A stretch of 64,000 bases of DNA from Pristiophorus japonicus (lineage: Eukaryota). The notes under the pieces were generated by a model. It did no database searches and was not told the origin of the DNA. It worked only from the letters and a program-made list of their open reading frames with translations. Location: the NCBI RefSeq assembly GCF_044704955.1, contig NC_091981.1, forward strand, positions 296,918,001-296,982,000, given 5' to 3'. A program made the position numbers and the translations under genes. Below are positions 10,060 through 20,726 of the stretch, one piece after another (positions within the stretch are counted from its first letter, which is position 1; each line of letters opens with the position of its first letter).

Positions 10060-13000
10060 CTCCCCGGGGGGGGGGGGGGGGGGGGGGGGATATCATGAAC
10101 GTTCCTGGAGAAGGGGCAGAATGTCTCATGGGAGGGGGGAAATGTTCTGGAAGTTCTCAGGGGAGAGGGGAATGTTCCAGAGGACCGCGGAGGGTGGGGG
10201 TGGGGGGGGAGAAATGTCCTGGGGGGGAGGGGGAGGGAGGAATGTCCCGGGGCAGGGGGGTGGGGGGGGAATGTCCCGGGGGATGGGGTATGTCCCGGGG
10301 GAAGGGGGTTATGTCCCTGGGAGAGGGGGGGGGGGGGGAGTCCCGGGAGAGATGCCCAGGGGGGAGGGGGGGATGGGGGTGTCCCGGGGGGGAGGGGGGG
10401 GGATGGGGATGTCCCGGGGGGGAGGGGGGAAGAAATGTCCCGGGGGGGGGGGGGGGGGGGGGAATGTCCCGGGGGGGGGGGGGGGAGAAATGTCCCGGGG
10501 GGAGGGGGGGAATGGGGGTGTCCCGGGGGGAGGGGGGGATGGGGGTGTCCCGGGGGGACGGGGGTGCCCCGGGGGGAGGGGGGGAATGGGGGTGCCCCGG
10601 GGGGACGGGGGGAAATGTCCCGGGGGGGGGGAAATGTCCCGGGGGGAGCGGGGGGAAATGTCCCAGGGGGGAGGGGGGGGGGGGGAAGAAATGTCCCGGG
10701 GGGGGGGTGAAGAGAGAGAGAAATGTCCCGGGGGGAGGGGAAATGTCCCGGGGGGAAGGGGGGGGGGGGGGGGGGGGAGAGAGAGAGAGAAATGTCCCGG
10801 GGGGGGGGGGGGGAAGAAATGTCCCGGGGGGGGGGGGGGGAAATATCCCGGGGGGGAGAGAGAGAGAAATGTCCCGGGGGGAGGGGAAATAGAAATGTCC
10901 CGGGGGGGGGGGGGGGAAGAGAGAGAGAGAAATGTCCCGGGGGGGAGGGGAAATGTCCCGGGGGGAAGGGGGGGGGTAAGAGAGAGAGAAATGTCCCGGG
11001 GGGAGGGGAAATGTCCCGGGGGGAGGGGAAATGTCCCGGGGGGAGGGGGGGGGAAGAGAGAGAGAAATGTCCCGGGGGGAGGGGAAATGTCCCGGGGGGA
11101 GGGGGGGGGTAAGAGAGAGAGAAATGTCCCGGGGGGAAGGGGGGGGGAGAGAGAGAGAAATGTCCCGGGGGGAGGGGAAATGTCCCGGGGGGAGGGGAAA
11201 TGTCCCGGGGGGAGGGGGGGGGTAAGAGAGAGAGAAATGTCCCGGGGGGAAGGGGGGGAAGAGAGAGAGAAATGTCCCGGGGGGAGGGGAAATGTCCCGG
11301 GGGGAGGGGAAATGTCCCGGGGGGAGGGGGGGGGTAAGAGAGAGAGAAATGTCCCGGGGGGAAGGGGGGGGAGAGAGAGAGAAATGTCCCGGGGGGAGGG
11401 GAAATGTCCCGGGGGGAGGGGAAATGTCCCGGGGGGAGGGGAAATGTCCCGGGGGAGGGGAAATGTCCCGGGGGGAGGGGAAATGTCCCGGGGGGAGGGG
11501 AAATGTCCCGGGGGGAGGGGAAATGTCCCGGGGGGAGGGGAAATGTCCCGGGGGGAGGGGAAATGTCCCGGGGGGAGGGGAAATGTCCCGGGGGGAGGGG
11601 AAATGTCCCGGGGGGAGGGGAAATGTCCCGGGGGGAGGGGAAATGTCCCGGGGGGAGGGGAAATGTCCCGGGGGGAGGGGAAATGTCCCGGGGGGAGGGG
11701 AAATGTCCCGGGGGGAGGGGAAATGTCCCGGGGGGAGGGGAAATGTCCCGGGGGGAGGGGGGGGGGGGTAAGAGGGAGAGAAATGTCCCGGGGGAGGGGG
11801 GGGGGAAGAGAGAGAGAGAAATGTCCCGGGGGGAGGGGGGGGGGGAGAGAGAGAGAGAAATGTCCCGGGGGGAGGGGAAATGTCCCGGGGGGAGGGGAAA
11901 TGTCCCGGGGGGAGGGGGGGGGGTAAGAGAGAGAGAAATGTCCCGGGGGGAAGGGGGGGGGAAGAGAGAGAGAAATGTCCCGGGGGGAGCGGAAATGTCC
12001 CGGGGGGAGGGGGGGGGTAAGAGAGAGAGAAATGTCCCGGGGGGAAGGGGGGGGGGGGGAGAGAGAGAGAAATGTCCCGGGGGGAGCGGAAATGTCCCGG
12101 GGGGAGGGGGGGGGTAAGAGAGAGAGAAATGTCCCGGGGGGAAGGGGGGGGGGGGAGAGAGAGAGAAATGTCCCGGGGGGAAGGGGGGGGGAGAGAGAGA
12201 GAAATGTCCCGGGGGGAGGGAGGGGGGGAGGGGGTGTCCCGGGGGGAGGGGGGGATGGGGGTGTCCCGGGGGGAGGGGGGGGATGGGGGTGTCCCGGGGG
12301 GAGGGGGGGGATGGGGGTGTCCCGGGGGGAGGGGGGGGATGGGGGTGTCCCGGGGGGAGGGGGGGGATGGGGGTGTCCCGGGGGGAGGGGGGGGATGGGG
12401 GTGTCCCGGGGGGAGGGGGGGGATGGGGGTGTCCCGGGGGGAGGGGGGGGATGGGGGTGTCCCGGGGGGAGGGGGGGGATGGGGGTGTCCCGGGGGGAGG
12501 GGGGGGATGGGGGTGTCCCGGGGGGAGGGGGGGGATGGGGGTGTCCCGGGGGGAGGGGGGGGATGGGGGTGTCCCGGGGGGAGGGGGGGATGGGGGTGTC
12601 CCGGGGGGAGGGGGGATGGGGGTGTCCCGGGGGGAGGGGGGGATGGGGGTGTCCCGGGGGGAGGGGGGGATGGGGGTGTCCCGGGGGGAGGGGGGGATGG
12701 GGGTGTCCCGGGGGGAGGGGGGGATGGGGGGTGTCCCGGGGGAGGGGGGGATGGGGGTGTCCCGGGGGGAGGGGGGGATGGGGGTGTCCCGGGGGGAGGG
12801 GGGGATGGGGGTGTCCCGGGGGGAGGGGGGGATGGGGGTGTCCCGGGGGGAGGGGGGGATGGGGGTGTCCCGGGGGGAGGGGGGGATGGGGGTGTCCCGG
12901 GGGGAGGGGGGGATGGGGGTGTCCCGGGGGGAGGGGGGGATGGGGGTGTCCCGGGGGGAGGGGGGGATGGGGGTGTCCCGGGGGGAGGGGGGGATGGGGG

Positions 13001-13960
13001 TGTCCCGGGGGGAGGGGGGGATGGGGGTGTCCCGGGGGGAGGGGGGGATGGGGGTGTCCCGGGGGGAGGGGGGGATGGGGGTGTCCCGGGGGGAGGGGGG
13101 GATGGGGGTGTCCCGGGGGGAGGGGGGGATGGGGGTGTCCCGGGGGGAGGGGGGGATGGGGGTGTCCCGGGGGGAGGGGGGGATGGGGGTGTCCCGGGGG
13201 GAGGGGGGGATGGGGGTGTCCCGGGGGGAGGGGGGGATGGGGGTGTCCCGGGGGGAGGGGGGGATGGGGGTGTCCCGGGGGGAGGGGGGTGTCCCGGGGG
13301 GAGGGGGGGATGGGGGTGTCCCGGGGGGAGGGGGGGATGGGGGTGTCCCGGGGGGAGGGGGGGATGGGGGTGTCCCGGGGGGAGGGGGGGATGGGGGTGT
13401 CCCGGGGGAGGGGGGGATGGGGGTGTCCCGGGGGGAGGGGGGGATGGGGGTGTCCCGGGGGGAGGGGGGATGGGGGTGTCCCGGGGGGAGGGGGGATGGG
13501 GGTGTCCCGGGGGGAGGGGGGGATGGGGGTGTCCCGGGGGGAGGGGGGGATGGGGGTGTCCCGGGGGGAGGGGGTGTCCCGGGGGGAGGGGGGGGATGGG
13601 GGTGTCCCGGGGGGAGGGGGGGATGGGGGTGTCCCGGGGGGAGGGGGGGATGGGGGTGTCCCGGGGGGAGGGGGGGATGGGGGTGTCCCGGGGGGAGGGG
13701 GGGATGGGGGTGTCCCGGGGGGAGGGGGGATGGGGGTGTCCCGGGGGGAGGGGGGATGGGGGTGTCCCGGGGGGAGGGGGGGATGGGGGTGTCCCGGGGG
13801 GAGGGGGGGATGGGGGTGTCCCGGGGGGAGGGGGGATGGGGGTGTCCCGGGGGGAGGGGGGGATGGGGGTGTCCCGGGGGGAGGGGGGGATGGGGGTGTC
13901 CCGGGGGGAGGGGGGGGGGGAAGAGAAATGTCCCGGGGGGAGGGGGAGGGGGGGGGGGGT
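10060..13960. repeat. About 3.9-kb G-rich compound minisatellite (20-mer AAATGTCCCGGGGGGAGGGG; 27-mer GGGGGGAGGGGGGGATGGGGGTGTCCC)
   Basis: Directly visible; fills most of OPLAH intron 9797-14051; source of the Gly/Pro-rich ORFs. Confidence 0.97.
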
Positions 13961-14051
13961 GTCCTACAGGTTCCCGGGGGTGGAGGGGGCCGTTACCCCA
14001 GCCCCTGGTGGGGAGGAGATGGGACGGAGGGAGGGAGGGGGAGTCACTCAC

Positions 14052-14214
14052 CGCCCATGTCGAAGCCGATGACTGGCTGTGCACCATTTCCATGCGTGGT
14101 GAGAGCGTAGCCCACGACACCGCCCGCTGGCCCCGACAGGATGGCCCGAGACCCGTTAAACCTCTCCATCGGAGTCAGCCCGCCGTCCGACTGCATGAAC
14201 AGCAGCCGCACATC
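14052..14214 (-). CDS. OPLAH: 5-oxoprolinase coding exon 6
   Basis: [54 protein letters not shown](G), with SGPAGG and DMGG motifs; ctccag| ... |gtgagt; 163 bp, phase 0-1. Confidence 0.96.
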
Positions 14215-14451
14215 CTGGAGTGGGAGAGTATTTGGATTGAGGGGGTCCTGGCCAACAGTGCCTCCAGATATTACCGTAGGTGCAGGACCGGTTTATGGGG
14301 ACAGCTTGTGAGCGGCCTGCACAATACCCACACAGATTGCCGTGCAGCCACACCCACAAGCAGCTTGCAGGGGCATTGTTCCTGGCGCTGAAGGGACCCC
14401 CCACCCATCCTTAAACAACACTTGGCTCCTTCCCGCATCCCCCCAGCATCC

Positions 14452-14930
14452 AACTGGGTGGAGCTGCCCGTTGCCATGGCTCCTCCACCCCGATTGGTTG
14501 GAGCTGCCCGTTGCCATGGCTCCTCCACCCCGATTGGTTGGAGCTGCCCATTGCCATGGCTCCTCCACCCCGATTGGTTGGAGCTGCCCATTGCCACGGC
14601 TCCTCCAGCCCGATTGGTTGGAGCCGCCCATTGCCATGGCTCCTCCACCCCGATTGGTTGGAGCTGCCCATTGCCACGGCTCCTCCAGCCCGATTGGTTG
14701 GAGCCGCCCATTGCCATGGCTCCTCCACCCCGATTGGTTGGAGCTGCCCGTTGCCATGGCTCCTCCACCCCGATTGGTTGGAGCTGCCCATTGCCATGGC
14801 TCCTCCACCCCAATTGGTTGGAGCTGCCCATTGCCACGGCTCCTCCAGCTCAATTGGTTGGAGCTGCCCATTGCCACGGCTCCTCCACCCCGATTGGTTG
14901 GAGCTGCCCATTGTCACGGCTCCTCCAGCC
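14452..14930. repeat. 40-bp minisatellite GATTGGTTGGAGCTGCCCATTGCCATGGCTCCTCCACCCC (about 12 copies)
   Basis: Directly visible tandem array. Confidence 0.95.
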
Positions 14931-15114
14931 TCTATTGCATCCCAGAGTGCCCAGAGTGACTCTCTCCCCGGTTTCTCTGCCCTTCCTCTGTAAAAGGGGC
15001 TGAGAATGGGAATTTGCCCTGTGGTGAATCACCACCAAGCCCCAGCATAATCATGCTCAAAATCCATTTCTTTCACACTCACTCACACTCTCATCTACAT
15101 CAAAAGCCGCTTAG

Positions 15115-16290
15115 CATCATAGAATCATAGAACGGTTACAGCACAGGAGGCCATTCGGCTCATCGAGCCCGTGCCGGCTCTCTGCAAGAGCACTTCAGCT
15201 AGTCCCGCTCCCCTGCCCTTTCCCCGTAGCCCTGCAAAATTTTTCCTTCAGGTACTCATCCAATTCCCTTTTGAAACCCACAATTGAATCTGCCTCCACC
15301 ACCCCTCAGGCCCTCCATTCCAGATCCTAACCATTCACTGTCTCACGTCGCCTTTGGTTCTTTTGCCAGTCACCTTAAATCGGTGTCCTCTGGTTCTCGA
15401 CCCTTCCACCAATGGGAACAGTCTCTCTATCTACCCTGTCCAGACCCCTCATGATTTTGAACACCTCGATCAAATCTCCTCTCAACCTTCTCTGCTCCAA
15501 GGAGAACAACCCCAGCCTCTCCAGTCTATCCACCTCACTGAAGTCCCTCACCCCTGGAACCATTCTTGTAAATCTTTTCTGCACCCTCTCTAAGGCCTTC
15601 ACATCCTTCCTAAAGTGTGGTGCCTAGAATTGGACACAATACTCCAGTTGTGGCCCAACCAGTGTTTTATAAAGGTGCATCATAACTTCCTTACTTTTGT
15701 ACTCTCTCTCTCTCTCTCTATTTATGAAGCCTAGGATCCTGTCAGCTTTTGAACCACTTTCTCAACCTGCCCTGCCACCTTCAACGATTTGTGCACAAAT
15801 ACCCCCAGGGTTTCTCTATTCCTGCATCCACTTTAGGATTGCACCCTTTAGTTTATATTGCTTCTCCTCGTTCTTCCTACCAAAATGTATCACTTCGCAC
15901 TTTTCTGCGTTAAATTTCATCTGCCACGTGTCCGCCCATTCCGCCATCCTGTCTATATCTCCTTGAAGTCTATCACCATCCCCCTCACTGTTCACTATTC
16001 ATGTTGTCTCATCTGCAGATTTCAAAATTGTGCCCTGTACACCCAAGTCCAAGTCATTAATATATATTAAGAAAAGCAGTGGTCCCAGTACCGACCCCTG
16101 GGGAACATCACTGTCTACCTTCCTCCAGTCTGAAAAACAACCCTTCATTGCCCTCATCAACCGTCTCTGTTACCCTCATTAAAAAAACTCAATCAAGTTA
16201 GTTAAACATGATTTGCCTTCAACAAGTCTGTGCTGGCTTTCCTTAATTAATCCATACTTGCCCAAGTGACTGTTAATTTTGTCCCGGATT
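15115..16290 (-). mobile_element. CR1 LINE 3' portion (decayed)
   Basis: KALERVQKRFTRMVPG...LGLFSLEQRRLRGDLIEVFKIM; VPQGSV remnant; (TTCTATGA) tail. Confidence 0.85.
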
Positions 16291-16295
16291 ATAGC

Positions 16296-16465
16296 ACACA
16301 CACTCACATACTCACATACTCACATACTCACATACTCACATACTCACATACTCACATACTCACATACTCACATACTCACATACTCACATACTCACATACT
16401 CACACATGTGCAAAACCCACATGCACTCACACACATGTACACGCACAGACATGCCTGCACACACA
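16296..16465. repeat. (CACATACT)n octamer microsatellite
   Basis: Directly visible. Confidence 0.9.
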
Positions 16466-16557
16466 GACGCACACTCAACACTGGCTGAAGTGACGAGGAG
16501 GTTTAAACTGATATACAGAGTTCCATAAAAGAACTTTTCACGTTGTTAACCCTTTAC

Positions 16558-16753
16558 TTTCAGACCGTCCTGGAATCCTGCACAGAAGCCGCTGAGGTAT
16601 CTCTTGATGCACGGCGTGAGGTAGGCATCAGCGCAGGCCGTGTAACCGCGGGGCACGGCGCGCACCATCGGCATCACCGCCGAGGAGAGGGACACGTGCT
16701 TGAACCCGAGCCTTGTCGCCAGCTCCCCAATTTCCTTTTCGTGATCGGACCAC
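16558..16753 (-). CDS. OPLAH: 5-oxoprolinase coding exon 5
   Basis: [65 protein letters not shown]; cgccag| ... |gtaaag; 196 bp, phase 2-0. Confidence 0.95.
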
Positions 16754-17019
16754 CTGGCGAGAGAGGAAACCCGTCAGTTGTGGGAAAGGGCAGAAACTCA
16801 GGACACCCAAATCAGACTCCATAGGGTCAAGTGAGACGAGGGAACGCTCCAGAACGGGCAGCAGGGAGGGGGCGCTCCAGAACGGGCGCGGGGGGGGGGG
16901 GGGGCGAGGGCGGGCTCCAGAACCGGCGGGGGCTGGGGGGAAAAGAGCGTCCCGGAACAGGCAGGCGGGGGGGGGGGGAGGGGCGAGGGGAACATTCCAC
17001 AACATGCCCGGAGACTCAC

Positions 17020-17143
17020 GTGTAGGAATGGAGGAGAACCACTGCCAGACTGCAGATACCCCTGGACAGGACGCTCATCAGCTCCCCTTCCAGCTGTCTG
17101 GTGTTCACTGGCCTCCACACCTCCACTCGCTGCCCCGTCGACC
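17020..17143 (-). CDS. OPLAH: 5-oxoprolinase coding exon 4
   Basis: (G)STGQRVEVWRPVNTRQLEGELMSVLSRGICSLAVVLLHSY(T); tgtcag| ... |gtgagt; 124 bp, phase 1-2. Not shown in this frame by the ORF track. Confidence 0.93.
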
Positions 17144-17959
17144 CTGACAAACAGGAAGCAGCAGCCAGTAATCTTTAAAAATACGTAGTCATTCCCAAAA
17201 TAACAACTTGCATTGATATAGCGCCTTGAACCTAGTAAAACATCCCAAGGCATTTCACGGGAGCGATTATCAAACAAAATTTGACACCGAGCCACATAAG
17301 GAAAATAAACTCTTGGATTGATATAGCGCCTTTCACGGCCACCGGATGTCTCAAACCGCTTTTCAGTATTTTGGGAATGTCGTCACTGCTGTAATGTGGG
17401 ACATAACAAGATACTAGGACAGGTGACCAAAAGCTTGGTCAAAGAGGTAGGTTTAAAGGAGGGAGAGGCAGAGAGGTTTAGGGAAAGAATTCCAGAGCTT
17501 GGGACCCAGGCAGCTGCCAATGATACAGCGGTTACAATCGGGAACACACAAGGGGCCAGAATTGGAGGAGCGCAGCGACCTCGGAGGGTTGCGGGGCTGG
17601 AGGAGATTACAGAGATAGGGAGGGGCGAGGGCAATGGAGGGATTTGAAAACAAGGGTGAGAATTTTAAAATTGAGGTGTGGCCGGACTGGGAGCCAGCGT
17701 TGGTCAGGGGTGAACAGAACTTGGGAGAGAGTTAGGATACGGGCAGCCGACTTCTGGATCACCTCAAGTAGATCGATAACCGCTTTCAAAAGGGAAGTGG
17801 ATACATTTTTGATCATGATAAAGTAATTCACTGGATGACAGGAAAGGCCAGAGGTTGGGGGACTAAGGGAGAAATCTTTCAGAGTGGACACGAGCACAGT
17901 GTTAAATTCTATAGTTCTATTCCCGATGATCAGCGTGCTGTGGCATGGACACAACCTAC

Positions 17960-18074
17960 CCGTGACTGTCTGCAGTCCCGCCTTCTTAGGGAGCTGGCAG
18001 TCAGCATCCTGTAAAACCACTCGCTCATCAACTTCAATCACCTCCTCGTACAACACCTCCGGCATCACGATCTC
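17960..18074 (-). CDS. OPLAH: 5-oxoprolinase coding exon 3
   Basis: EIVMPEVLYEEVIEVDERVVLQDADCQLPKKAGLQTVT(G); ctccag| ... |gtaggt; 115 bp, phase 0-1. Confidence 0.93.
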
Positions 18075-18081
18075 CTGGAGG

Positions 18082-18112
18082 TGAGAGAGAGTGAGCGCAA
18101 GTGAGAGCGAGC

Positions 18113-18160
<48 letters not shown>

Positions 18161-18450
18161 GAGAGTGAGAGAGTGAGAGAGTGAGAGAGACCATGCGGAG
18201 GGGGAAGAGAATGAGAGACTATGCGGAGGGAGGGACGGGGAGAGAGCGAGAGCGCGTGTGGAGGGAGAGAGAGACCATGCGGAGGGGGAGAGAGAGACCA
18301 TGCGGAGGGAGAGAGAGGAGAGAGACACCGTGCGGAGGGGGGAGAGAGAGAATGAGATAAACCGTGCGGAGGGAGGGAGTGAGAGCGTGAGGGGGCAAGA
18401 AAGAGCGAGAGGGAGAGAAAAAACGAGAATGTGCAGGAGCAGGAGAGAGA
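18082..18450. repeat. (GA)n purine-rich simple repeat forming the polypyrimidine tract of OPLAH coding exon 3
   Basis: Directly visible; abuts the acceptor at 18075. Confidence 0.9.
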
Positions 18451-18699
18451 AGGCTTTGGGTGAGACCACACCTGAAGTACTGTGTACAGTTTTGGTCTCC
18501 TTATCTAAGGAAGGGTGCAATGAAGGTTCACTAGATGGATACCCGAGACGAGAGGTTTGTTCTATGAGGAGATATTGAGCCCATACTCTCTGGAGTTTAG
18601 AAGAACGAGAGATGATCTGATTGAAACATTCTGAGGGGGATTGACAGGGGAGATGCTGAGAGGATGTTTCCCCTGGCTGGAGAGTCTAGAACTGGGAGG

Positions 18700-19423
18700 G
18701 GGGGTGGAAAATTCGGTTGCGCCTCATTTGGGGCGGTAACCCAGGCGAAGCAATAATTTTAGCGCCAAAATGTTTGCGCCCTCCGCCCAGAAATTGGCCA
18801 GAATCAGTCGAAGACCTGACAGGGCAATAAATCATCCGTTGCACATCAGAGCTGGGAGGGCGATAACGAAAGTTTGGCCGGTACATTTTGAGGGCCCGTT
18901 GCACAAGCGCGGAGCTCCGAGTCAGCCCCCAGGAAAAGCTGAGCCTTAGGCATAGTAATGCACCCATTAAAAGTTTTCAAAACCACTCGTTTCCAACCTG
19001 CGCCGTTATGTCTGTCTGCTGCTGCACACTGGGAGGCTCACGCACCGTGCTGTGTGTAAATGTCGCGCTGACTGTGACCTCCGAGGGAAGCGCTCCCTCA
19101 TCCCTTTAAGTAGCCGCCAGTTAACGACTCTGCGAGCCTGGATCGACTGTTTTTCCAGACGTTGTTATTGGCGGGCACTCGACGAGGCGGCTGTATCGAA
19201 TTTACCGACCGGGACACAAGCGTGGGAGTTGCACCAGGAATACGTCAGGGTCGCACTGAGCGTCAGCAGCCGGGCGCTACTGCTTAGTGTCCCCCCGGTG
19301 AGCTCCCAATGAATTTTCCCTTGGGCGCTAAAAGCTGTGCTCCCGGTCGGTCACCTCTTGCGCTCCCATGAACGCCCCCCCCTCTGGCCGCTAACTGAGG
19401 CATTAGGCAACTGAAAATCCAGC
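18700..19423. mobile_element. CpG-rich non-autonomous DNA element (PIF/Harbinger-like termini) inside a CR1 tail
   Basis: Termini GGGTGGAAAATTC ... GAAAATCCAGCCC; CR1 sequence stops at about 18695 and resumes at about 19428. Confidence 0.5.
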
Positions 19424-19575
19424 CCAAAAGGTCACAGTCTCAGAATAAGGGGCCAGCCATTGAAGACTGAGATGAGGAGGAATTTCTTCACTCAGAGGGC
19501 GGTGAATCTGTGGAATTCTCTGCCCCAGAGGGCTGTGGATGCTGAATCGTTGAATATATTCAAGGCTGAGATCGA

Positions 19576-20013
19576 TAGAAACATAGAAAATAGGTGCAGG
19601 AGTAGGCCATTCGGCCCTTCTAGCCTGCACCGCCATTCAATGAGTTCATGGCTGAACATTCAACTTCAGTACCCCATTCCTGCTTTCTCGCCATACCCCT
19701 TGATCCCCCTAGTAGTAAGGACCTCATCTAACTCCTTTTTGAATATATTTAGTGAATTGGCCTCAACAACTTTCTGTGGTAGAGAATTCCACAGGTTCAC
19801 CACTCTCTGGGTGAAGAAGTTCCTCCGCATCTCGGTCCTAAATGGCTTACCCCTTATCCTTAGACTGTGACCCCTGGTTCTGGACTTCCCCAACATTGGG
19901 AACATTCTTCCTGCATCTAACCTGTCTAACCCCGTCAGAATTTTAAATGTTAAGAGGTCCCCTCTCATTCTTCTGAACTCCAGTGAATACAAGCTCAGTT
20001 GATCCAGTCTTTC
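19576..20013 (-). mobile_element. CR1 3' end nested in a plus-strand CR1 tail (19428-20163)
   Basis: [20 protein letters not shown]...GIKGYGEKAG; (TTCTATGT) tail. Confidence 0.85.
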
Positions 20014-20726
20014 TTGATTTTTGGACTCGAAGGGAATCAAGGAATATGGGGAATCGGGCAGGAAAGTGGAGTTGAGGTAGAAGATCAGCCATGATCTTCT
20101 TGAATGGTGGAGCAGGCTCGAGGGGACATATGACCTAATCCTGTTCCTATTTCTTGTGTTCTTGAGAGAGTTAGACCACACGGGGAAAGGGAGAGGGAGA
20201 GTGACTGTGAGACCAAGACCATTTAGAAAATACATTCTTTCTTGGGTCCAAATATTCAACTAGATTGGATGACCTCGTATCGCCTTCCGCACATCGAGCT
20301 CCATCTGCCACAGGTTTGTCCACTCCCTTAGTAAGTTCCTGCTGTCATCCACACAGCCTACTGTGCCTCCCAACAGCGTCATCTGCAAACTTAAGGCACA
20401 GAACTCACTGTTCCTTCATCCAAGCCATTACTAGATATGGTGAAAAGCTGAGGCTCCAGAACAGATCCCTGGGGAACACCACTTGTCCCATCCACCAATC
20501 GGAGTACGTACCCCCAGTCCCCATTCTCTGTCTCCTATCTCCCAACCAATCTGCAACCCAAGTCAAAAGGCTGTCTCCGGGTCCATGTGCTCTCAATTTG
20601 GCCAATAATCTCTGGTGTGGACCCTTAGCAAATGCCTTCCGGGCGTCCATATAGACAAAACTCAGACACTCCCTTATCGGCCTTACTGCCGATCTCCTCA
20701 AAATATTCAACTAGATTGGTCAGACA

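Noticed and set aside
9863-14391. Very long Gly-rich or Pro-rich ORFs (up to 1395 aa), collagen- or extensin-like
   Set aside because: Stop-free translations of a G/C-rich tandem repeat in multiple frames on both strands. The real OPLAH exons flank it and splice in phase without it.
14271-15003. Trp/Gly-rich repeat ORFs
   Set aside because: Translations of the 40-bp minisatellite, open in all frames.
20250-20719. 19-bp direct repeat AAATATTCAACTAGATTGG flanking an old CR1 RT fragment, resembling a TSD
   Set aside because: The second copy is itself part of the CR1 coding sequence (LTNLVEYF), so it is not host target DNA; more likely a local rearrangement remnant.
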